From Gemmatimonadales bacterium (lineage in GTDB: Bacteria; Gemmatimonadota; Gemmatimonadetes; Gemmatimonadales; GWC2-71-9), in assembly GCA_041615815.1 (NCBI GenBank), contig JBFJCP010000044.1:1-24570 (forward strand): a stretch of DNA of 24,570 nucleotides. The letters run 5' to 3'. The notes beneath the pieces are model-generated. The model had not been told where the DNA came from. It saw only the letters and a list, made by a program, of their open reading frames with translations, and did no database searches. Positions 17,612 through 24,570 of this stretch are shown piece by piece; position 1 is the stretch's first letter, and the number at the start of each line of letters is the position of its first letter. A program made the position numbers and the translations under genes.

Positions 17612-17983
17612 CTAGCCCAGCACCACGATGCCCGCGCTCATCAACAACATGAAGAATGCGGGCAGCGATTTGACCGGTGGGTCTTTCACCTTCACGTGCA
17701 TCGCAAGGGCTCCCACCATCAACACGACCACCACAGCTGCCGCAGGTCGCACGAGCGCTGGTACCCACAGACCGACGATCAGGAGTACTGCCGAACCGAT
17801 CTTCAGAGCACCGATCAAGTAGAAGAACCACTCTGGCAGACCGTACGCCGCGAACTCCTCTTTCAGCGACTGCGCGGCCCCGCCGCGATACGCCGTCGAC
17901 GACTTGGCCCGCACCAGCCACACGTTGAGGAGTCCCAACGCGACGCTGACCTGCAGAATGGTCACAACGGTGATTGACGGCAT
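17612..17983 (-). CDS. DoxX-like family membrane protein
   Basis: '[11 protein letters not shown]', 'GALKI...LLIVG' and '[14 protein letters not shown]'; four hydrophobic helices; ATG at 17983. Confidence 0.85.
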   Translation of the reverse strand: MPSITVVTILQVSVALGLLNVWLVRAKSSTAYRGGAAQSLKEEFAAYGLPEWFFYLIGALKIGSAVLLIVGLWVPALVRPAAAVVVVLMVGALAMHVKVKDPPVKSLPAFFMLLMSAGIVVLG

Positions 17984-18173
17984 GCACGTATCCCATTCGT
18001 ATTCAGTTGCCTCCAAAGGTACTCGATCGCCCTCGCGTGAAACACCGCGAGATCGTATGCGCCTGGCCGGGAGGCCACGATGGATCGGGTGGGAATTACG
18101 ACATGAGCTGCCTCATTTCCAATGTGCGGGAATTCGTCGTGCGGATGAGACGGATCGTGGACCCGCTATTCGA

Positions 18174-20525
18174 TCATTGATTTACCGCGATCATCGGATC
18201 CCAAAGATTCATTTTGCGGAGCAAAGCCTGAAACCGGGGATGCTGGCGTAGCTCCGGAGGCACGCGCGGTTCACTCCTCATCAGCCAGGGAAGCCACACA
18301 TGTGGTGGGTCGTATTCGAGCCAGCGCAGCGCCGTGTCGAAATCGCCAAGCAAGATGTAGATCCGCGCCAGCGTCAATGCGGACATCGCGGTGGGGGGCG
18401 CCGCTTCCAATGCGGCGACGATGGCGAGCGCATCATCGGGGCGCCCGGCACCGGCGTAGGCGGCAGCCAAGAATCCCACGAGTCGCGGTGCGGCGGCGGC
18501 AGCCGATTCAAATGCCGTGATGGCATCCTCCCACTGTCCCGCCAACTCGTAGGTGGTCCCGAGCGCCAGCGCGCCAACCGGTGCGCCGGGCTGCAGTGTT
18601 TTGGCCTTCTCCGCAGCGGCGATCCCGTCGTCCAAGCGGCCCGCCTGCGCGTATAGTGGACCGAGCCAGGCCGTGTGCAGTGGAGTGAACGGGTCGAGGT
18701 CCCGGGCCCGTTCGTGCTCCTCAATCGCTTGGTCCAGGCGGTCGAAGAGCGCAAGGTACCATGCGTAGTGATAGTGGTTCATGGGCAGGCTTGGGTTCAA
18801 TGCGTTGGCACGTTGGAATGCCTGCTCCGCTCCCTCCCAATCGTGTTCGTAGTAGGTCTTGACCGCGGCGAGTCCGGCCCATCCGTCTGCGAGGCTGGGG
18901 TCGAGCTTGACCGCACGCTCGGCAGCGGCCGTGGCACGCGCACGAGCTTCGGGTGTGGGGTTGAAGCTGTGGCCGATGGTGATGTAACCGTATGCCAAGC
19001 CTGCCCACGCGAGGGCATCCACGGGATTGCGGTCCACGGCGTCGTGGAGATGCCGGAGACCCTCGGCGACGTCCTCGGGTGTGGCGCGATTCAGGTGGTA
19101 CATGCCTTTGAGGTATGCCTCGTAGACACCGGGATCCACCGTCGTCGCGCGCTCCAAGCGCAATTCCGCCTCCGGACTCAGCGCCACCTCGATCTCGCTC
19201 GCGATGGCCCGTGCGATACCCCGGTAGAGCGCCACCACGTTGGGGAGATTGCCATCGTATGCGCCCTGCCACATGGGCAGATTGGAACCCGGGTCGATGA
19301 GCCGTGTTTCGATCTCGACGCTGTCACGATCGCGGAACACACCTCCTTCGAGCACCGCATCAACATCGAGCTCGCGCGCGATCTCCTGGATCGGCTTGTC
19401 GACGTTTCGATACTGCATGACGGAACCTCGCGCGATCACGGTGACGCCGGTTTGCGCCAACTCCGAGATCAGTGCCTCGTGGACGCCGTCGACGAAGTAC
19501 TCCTGGGCCGTATCGCCGGAAAGGTTGGTCAGCGGCAAGACGGCCAACGCCTGGACCCGTGGCGTCTCCATCACGCCGGCCAGCCACCACGTTACGACGG
19601 CCACGACCACCAACGCGGCTCCCACCAGTGCATGGCGCCGGAGACGAGGCGACCGTACGCGTGCCACGACCGTTTCGCTGGTGAGCGCCTTGGCAAACTC
19701 GGACGCGCTGGTGAAGCGGTCATCCGGGTCCTTTGCCAACGCCCGTGCAACCGCTCGCTCGACGAACAGCGGAATATTCGGATCGATCGTTCGGAGGCTC
19801 GGCACGGTTGAGGCCATGTGTTTGGCCAACAGGGCCATCGGTGTGGCCCCGTGGAACGGTGTTCGGCCGCCGACCATCTCGTAGACCACGCAGCCCAGCG
19901 CGTATACGTCCGTACGCGCATCGACCGTCTCCAAGCCGCCCGCCTGTTCCGGGCTCATGTAGGCCGGCGTGCCGAGCGCCATGCCGGTTCCCGTGAGACG
20001 CTCACCGCCGGCTGCCTCCACCGCGCGCGCAATCCCGAAGTCCGCGACCACGGCTTGGTCACCGGTCAACAAGATGTTCTCGGGCTTGATATCGCGATGC
20101 ACCACACCACGCTCGTGCGCGTACGTGAGTGCGGACGCAATCTGATCGGCAATCCGAACGGCGTCTGCAATTTCGAGCGCTCCCTCCCGTTCGAGCCGGT
20201 TCCGCAGGGATTCGCCCTCGACGAATGGCATGACGTAGTACATGAACACCGGGCCACCATCGCCCGGTCCCGCGGTCCCGCTGTCGAAAAGCGGCAGGAT
20301 GTGTGGATGGGAGAGCTTGGCCGCGATCTCGATCTCGCGGAGGAAGCGGTCGGGGCCGAGCGTGGCGGCGAGCTCGGGGCGAAGGACCTTGATGGCGACC
20401 TTGCGCCCGTGCTTCACATCCTCGGCCAGGTAGACGGTTGCCATGCCGCCTTCGCCCAGGCGGCGCTCGAGCTCGTAGCGGCCGGCGAGAGCGGTCGAGA
20501 GGCCGGTGGGTAGGGCTTCGGTCAC
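18174..20525 (-). CDS. Ser/Thr kinase - TM - TolB-like N-terminal module - TPR protein
   Basis: GTG at 20525 overlaps the upstream TGA (GTGA). Motifs GEGGMA, VAIK, HRDIKPEN, DFG, GTPAYMSPEQ; a TM helix; 'LAVLPLTNLSGD..QEYFVDG', 'IARELDVDAVLEG'; TPRs; C-terminal 'LRQHPRFQALLRKM'. Confidence 0.94.
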   Translation of the reverse strand: MTEALPTGLSTALAGRYELERRLGEGGMATVYLAEDVKHGRKVAIKVLRPELAATLGPDRFLREIEIAAKLSHPHILPLFDSGTAGPGDGGPVFMYYVMPFVEGESLRNRLEREGALEIADAVRIADQIASALTYAHERGVVHRDIKPENILLTGDQAVVADFGIARAVEAAGGERLTGTGMALGTPAYMSPEQAGGLETVDARTDVYALGCVVYEMVGGRTPFHGATPMALLAKHMASTVPSLRTIDPNIPLFVERAVARALAKDPDDRFTSASEFAKALTSETVVARVRSPRLRRHALVGAALVVVAVVTWWLAGVMETPRVQALAVLPLTNLSGDTAQEYFVDGVHEALISELAQTGVTVIARGSVMQYRNVDKPIQEIARELDVDAVLEGGVFRDRDSVEIETRLIDPGSNLPMWQGAYDGNLPNVVALYRGIARAIASEIEVALSPEAELRLERATTVDPGVYEAYLKGMYHLNRATPEDVAEGLRHLHDAVDRNPVDALAWAGLAYGYITIGHSFNPTPEARARATAAAERAVKLDPSLADGWAGLAAVKTYYEHDWEGAEQAFQRANALNPSLPMNHYHYAWYLALFDRLDQAIEEHERARDLDPFTPLHTAWLGPLYAQAGRLDDGIAAAEKAKTLQPGAPVGALALGTTYELAGQWEDAITAFESAAAAAPRLVGFLAAAYAGAGRPDDALAIVAALEAAPPTAMSALTLARIYILLGDFDTALRWLEYDPPHVWLPWLMRSEPRVPPELRQHPRFQALLRKMNLWDPMIAVNQ

Positions 20526-23491
20526 TGTGGCTCTCCGCCGAGACGCACGAGGCGTTGCTTCACCTCTTCGACTTGCGGCTGAAGTCTTGGGTCGGCGTCC
20601 TGCCAGAGGTCGACGAAGCGCGCGTAGTACCGAGTAGCAGCGTCGCGCTGGCCCAATCGCTCGGCAATCTCTCCACGTCTGAGCGCCGTCGGTGCCTCGT
20701 ACAGCATGGCGTACGCATCGTGGGACACGAGCGACTCGTACCACGGCTGCGCTTCCGTGTCACGCCCCAGGGTCACGAGGATCTCACCGTGGAGGTACCG
20801 CTCGAGCAGGTGAGAGAAAAACGGTCGCCAGAGGTGGAGATCGGAGTCCGAGCCCCGCCGTCGGTATGGGATCTGCTCGAGCAGCGCCAGCGCATCCGCA
20901 TGTCTGGCTTCCCGCCACAGAATGTGGGAACGAACGGCATCACCGAGGTCACGGGCAATGAAGGTCCACGTCCCTCCGTCGCTCTCACCGAGGCGCTCCA
21001 CTGAGTCTGCATATTGGCGTGCCGCACGGTGTTCACCGAGGCGCGCGTTGACCACTCCCAGCAGGTATGCCCGGAGGTGGGGGTGGAGCGCATACGCATG
21101 ACCCCTCGTTACGGCCGGCGTGGCCGAGGCGTCCCATCGCTCCAGATCGATCCGCACCTGGGCGAGCTCGGAATCCGGGACTTCGATGAACGGCAGCGTG
21201 GCGAGCATGGCACGATGTTCCACGGTTCCTGACATGTCGAGCGGTTCCGCTTTGCGAAGCTCCTCGAGCGCCGCTCGTCCCTGGCCGCGGGCCATGGCGA
21301 GCGCAGCCACGAGGCCATGACCGCGCGCCCGTGTAGGCGGCGCGCGTTGGGGCGCCGTCATGAATCCGGCGAGTCGCTCCACCTCACCGAGATCATCCAG
21401 CAGAAAGGCTGTGTGCATCACCGTCGCGGTGAGGTCCGCGTCGCTCGCCCGTTCCAGCTCCACACGCAGCTGGGCGCGAGCAGCTGAATCTCCTTGTAAT
21501 GCCGCGTGGGTTGCTCCGGCCCACAACTCGAACGTGGCGGTCCGATCCAGCCGGCGGAAGAGGGCATCGAACTCCGCATACCGTCGTTCCAGGGCGGCGA
21601 CCTCCATCAGATGCACCAGTGCACGATTGTGGGTCGAGTCCAGCGCCAACACGCGCTCCAATGGCGCCCGCGCCCCGCTGATCGACCAGCCCCAGAGCGG
21701 ACCGTTGATCAGCAAGAGATTCCCAAGCCAGAACCAGCCCTCCACTTCATCGGGATAGCGGGCAACAAGGTCGCGATACAGGCTCACGGACGCGACCACG
21801 TCCCGTTCCAAGGTGACGAAGGCCTCGAGCACCTGCCGGTCGCGCGGAGAGAGGCGGTGCGCGTGCCGGAGGGCCCGTGCCGCGGCGCCGCGCGTGATGG
21901 CAGGCGGTCCGTCCGTGCCCCACCCAGCGAGAGTTGCCAGGCGATAGTTGGCGAGGGCGAACGCCGTGTCCGTCTCGACGGCTCGAGCGAACGCCCACCG
22001 GGCGTCGCTCCATCGTCCCGCGCGAAGCAGGTGCTCGCCATCGAGATACGCTTTGAGCGCATCGAGCGACGGGGACGTGCGGCTGGCGAGACGCGCGAAC
22101 CGCTGCGTCGCGTCGCCGTACCGCTCGGCCAGCAACTCGGCGACGAGGCGGTCCACCAACTCGAACAGCTCGGCAGTGGTTCCTTCGAGGCTCGCTAACG
22201 CCAACGGGGTATCTTGCTCCCTGGTGCTGAACAGTGAACCGCGCAGTTGTAGGCGACCGCCGACCTCGACTACGCTCCCCAGGACGTAAAGCCCGGCCCC
22301 GGCTTGCTCGGCCAGTACGCTCGCTCGTGCCGGATCGACGCGGCCTTCCAGGGGCCGCACCAAGCTCATCACGGCGTGGGGATCGATGCTCCGCAGCTCG
22401 CCGGCACCGTCCAACTTGGTGCTCAAGAGATCCATCATTCCCTCGCCGAGGTAGGCAAGCTCCTCGCTGCCCCGCACCTCGAAGGGGAAGACCGCGACGG
22501 CATTCTCGGCGAGTGGCGCCTCTTCGGCGGCCTGTGATCCAAACACGAACCATGCGACACTCGCACCCAAGACTGTGAGCATCACTGCTCCCAACACGAG
22601 GGAGCGGGATCGCGGCCTTCGACGTGCGGTGTGATCCGGTGGCGATGCCGTGCCGGCCGCCAGCGCGTCTGCAAACGAGCGCGCCGTTGCGAACCGGTCG
22701 GCGGGCACCTTGGCGAGCGCCTTCTCGACAGCTCGTTCGACATTGTCCGGAATCGTTGGCCGCAGGGTCCGCAGCCGAGGCACGGGATCGATCGAATGCC
22801 GGGCGATGACAGCCGCGGTGCTCGGGCCCGTAAAGGGCGGCTGGCCCCCAACCATCTCGTACAGCACACAGGCGAGTCCGTACACGTCGCTTCGCCCATC
22901 GAGATCGCTCTCACCCGTCGCTTGCTCTGGCGACATGTACTCCGGCGTTCCGACCACCAAGCCCGTCTCGGTCAGCCGCTCACCGCCGGCCGACGTGACA
23001 GCCCGGGCGATACCGAAGTCTGCTACTCGCGCATGCCCTGCGGCCAGCAAGATGTTCTCCGGCTTGATGTCCCGATGCACGATGTCGTGCCGGTGTGCAA
23101 AGTCGAGGGCGTCCGCGACCTGGTGGGTGATCTGGAAGGCATCGTCAATGGGAAGGTGCTTCTCGCGATTCAGCCGATCGCGCAGCGTCTCGCCCTCGAC
23201 ATAAGGCATGACATAATAAAGGAAACCGTTGGCGTGGCCCGAATCGAGCAGCGGCAGGATATGGGGATGGTCGAGGCGGGCAGTAATCTCGATTTCGCGG
23301 AGGAAGCGGTCAGAGCCAAGCGCGAGTGCGATCTCGGGTTTCAGGACCTTGATGGCGACTAGGCGATGGTTCTTGAGGTCCTCGGCGAGGTAGACGGTCG
23401 CCATGCCGCCTTCGCCCAGGCGGCGCTCGAGCTTGTAGCGGCCGGCGAGGGCGGTCGTGAGGCGCTCGAGCTGAGACGCTTCGTTCGTCAC
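20522..23491 (-). CDS. Ser/Thr kinase - TM - TolB-like module - TPR protein
   Basis: GTG at 23491 with GGAG RBS; intact kinase motifs; a TM helix; 'VAVFPFEV...YLGEGMMDLL'; TPRs; C-terminal 'YARFVDLWQDADPRLQP'. Confidence 0.94.
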   Translation of the reverse strand: MTNEASQLERLTTALAGRYKLERRLGEGGMATVYLAEDLKNHRLVAIKVLKPEIALALGSDRFLREIEITARLDHPHILPLLDSGHANGFLYYVMPYVEGETLRDRLNREKHLPIDDAFQITHQVADALDFAHRHDIVHRDIKPENILLAAGHARVADFGIARAVTSAGGERLTETGLVVGTPEYMSPEQATGESDLDGRSDVYGLACVLYEMVGGQPPFTGPSTAAVIARHSIDPVPRLRTLRPTIPDNVERAVEKALAKVPADRFATARSFADALAAGTASPPDHTARRRPRSRSLVLGAVMLTVLGASVAWFVFGSQAAEEAPLAENAVAVFPFEVRGSEELAYLGEGMMDLLSTKLDGAGELRSIDPHAVMSLVRPLEGRVDPARASVLAEQAGAGLYVLGSVVEVGGRLQLRGSLFSTREQDTPLALASLEGTTAELFELVDRLVAELLAERYGDATQRFARLASRTSPSLDALKAYLDGEHLLRAGRWSDARWAFARAVETDTAFALANYRLATLAGWGTDGPPAITRGAAARALRHAHRLSPRDRQVLEAFVTLERDVVASVSLYRDLVARYPDEVEGWFWLGNLLLINGPLWGWSISGARAPLERVLALDSTHNRALVHLMEVAALERRYAEFDALFRRLDRTATFELWAGATHAALQGDSAARAQLRVELERASDADLTATVMHTAFLLDDLGEVERLAGFMTAPQRAPPTRARGHGLVAALAMARGQGRAALEELRKAEPLDMSGTVEHRAMLATLPFIEVPDSELAQVRIDLERWDASATPAVTRGHAYALHPHLRAYLLGVVNARLGEHRAARQYADSVERLGESDGGTWTFIARDLGDAVRSHILWREARHADALALLEQIPYRRRGSDSDLHLWRPFFSHLLERYLHGEILVTLGRDTEAQPWYESLVSHDAYAMLYEAPTALRRGEIAERLGQRDAATRYYARFVDLWQDADPRLQPQVEEVKQRLVRLGGEPQ

Positions 23492-23750
23492 TGGGTACGG
23501 CTCCGTGGGTGGAGCGCTGTAAAGATGGTCGTTGGTGGGCGAGCCGGCCAGGGCGCGGTGGCTGACCCAACCACCCTGGCAACGCCAAGCGCCCGGCGGC
23601 GATGGAAGTTGCGCAGCTCTCGTTGGATGAATGGGTTGGCCGCCGCCACACGCCCGGTCCGGCTTCTATCGGACGGAGGTGGGACGCGGTACTTTCTGCC
23701 AATATCCGTCGAGCGCGTTCGGCGGGCCAGCCCAATCAAAAGGATAGACT

Positions 23751-24254
23751 ATGCAGCCACATCAGCGCTTGTTAGGACTCGCCACGTTGCTCGCACTCGT
23801 GGCCTGTCAACCCAGACCGGCCGGCGAGGCCTCGGCGGCGGGTGACGTGATGGAAGACCTCGCAGCGGTACGGAGTACCATCGAAGCCACCGAGAAGCAA
23901 TGGTCTGCGGCGTATCTGGCGGGGGACGCCGCCGGAATCGGCAGTCTCTACGCCGAGGATGCCGCGTCGATTGGGGCGGGTGAGTGGTATCGTGGCCGCG
24001 TGGCCATCGCCCAAGACATGCAGGCGCACTTCGACACGGTGACGATCAGTGCTCGCGAGGACATCACCGAAGAGGTCATCCTGCTCGGCGATCACGCATT
24101 CGAGGTGGGGCGCTACTCCTGGACCGGCGTTTCCAAGAAGAACGGCGCGGCGATGAGCGGAAAGGGCCGCTATACGGTGCTTTGGCGCAAGGGCGCCGAC
24201 GGTACCTGGCGAATCCTGCGCGACATGGGAAGTGAGGCGCCGCCCGGGATGTAG
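23751..24254 (+). CDS. NTF2-like (DUF4440/SnoaL/YybH) lipoprotein
   Basis: AAGGA RBS; lipobox LVA-C; 'WSAAYLAGDA...LYAEDA', 'AFEVGRY', 'GRYTVLWRKGADGTWRI..D'. Confidence 0.88.
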   Translation: MQPHQRLLGLATLLALVACQPRPAGEASAAGDVMEDLAAVRSTIEATEKQWSAAYLAGDAAGIGSLYAEDAASIGAGEWYRGRVAIAQDMQAHFDTVTISAREDITEEVILLGDHAFEVGRYSWTGVSKKNGAAMSGKGRYTVLWRKGADGTWRILRDMGSEAPPGM

Positions 24255-24347
24255 AACGCCGCAACGGAGATCCAGGGGTCGGAGAGAGCCTCACTCGTCC
24301 GGTAACTCCCCGCAGGCGCTCCGCCGGTGAGGGCGCCGCCAACCGAA

Positions 24348-24391
24348 ACCAAAGACCGGTCCGGCTACAGGTCGCCGGATCGGTCTTTGGT
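24348..24391. terminator. 18-bp stem / 8-nt loop inverted repeat, candidate terminator
   Basis: ACCAAAGACCGGTCCGGC-tacaggtc-GCCGGATCGGTCTTTGGT, with one G.U pair on the + strand. On the - strand it is followed by TTCGGTT. It lies 93 bp after the DUF4440 stop. Confidence 0.55.
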
Positions 24392-24423
24392 GCATCGGGA
24401 CGGCCGGATGTGATACGACGTGG

Positions 24424-24570
24424 GCCGCCTCAGTGGCGGCCAAATCATGTCGAAGCGTGGGCTGCCGAATCACGCCGGGACTTCGTGCACAAGATGCAGA
24501 TATGCCTCAAGGAACTCCGCGGAACCGCTGTCTGGCTCGCGATCCTGCGACGCATCGGCAGTCCCGAACG
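24424..24570 (+). pseudogene. Four-helix-bundle protein (23S rRNA IVP / Avd-like family) fragment, apparently frameshifted and 5'-truncated; runs off the window
   Basis: Not in the ORF track. 24443-24570 reads NHVEAWAAESRRDFVHKMQICLKELRGTAVWLAILRR, close to the family pattern 'NxxEAxxAESxxDFxHKxxIxLKELxETxxWL'. The preceding 'AASVAA' (24424-24441) is in a different frame. Confidence 0.72.

Noticed and set aside
17091..18506. DGR template/variable repeat pair (tempting given the Avd-like relic)
   Set aside because: Mismatches involve all four bases and are not adenine-specific in either copy. Indels and a large deletion are present, the target is TPR, and no reverse transcriptase is in the window.
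24268..24310. SAM-I riboswitch-like start (ATCCAGGGGTCGGAGAG...CCGGTAAC)
   Set aside because: It lacks the kink-turn GA/UGA elements, the GGUGC P3 return strand and the P1 closure, and no methionine-related gene lies downstream.
17548..24561. 15-bp direct repeat GCGACGCATCGGCAG at 17548-17562 and 24547-24561 as att sites
   Set aside because: About one such match is expected by chance in 24.5 kb of GC-rich DNA. There is no integrase, and one copy lies within a coding relic.
1..24570. CRISPR arrays, tRNA/rRNA, IS elements, defence systems
   Set aside because: I saw no periodic repeats, tRNA or rRNA signatures, or transposase, integrase or nuclease motifs.

Overview
GC-rich bacterial window of about 18 protein-coding genes. 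The origin is probably Gemmatimonadota, inferred from three Hanks-type Ser/Thr kinases of the 'LAGRYxxExxLGxGGM' type and the 'ELEERVDFAERLL' membrane protein. From left to right: a TolC-family gene (cut by the left edge, absent from the ORF track) in an apparent operon with an MlaC/Ttg2D-DUF3047 fusion; a tandem two-domain glutaminase whose second domain has lost its catalytic residues; a secreted His-rich TPR protein; a membrane Ser/Thr kinase; an alpha/beta-hydrolase with a PilZ-like tail; a membrane protein with a Ser-less hydrolase fold; an M19 dipeptidase; a zinc-ribbon membrane protein; mmuM; small hypothetical, lipoprotein and DoxX genes; a decayed, internally deleted copy of the neighbouring kinase's 3' end; two translationally coupled kinase-TolB-like-TPR genes; an NTF2/DUF4440 lipoprotein; a long hairpin; and a frameshifted four-helix-bundle (23S IVP/Avd-like) fragment at the right edge. 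I saw no rRNA, tRNA, CRISPR array, transposase, integrase or reverse transcriptase. All family calls come from motif recognition by eye, not database searches.
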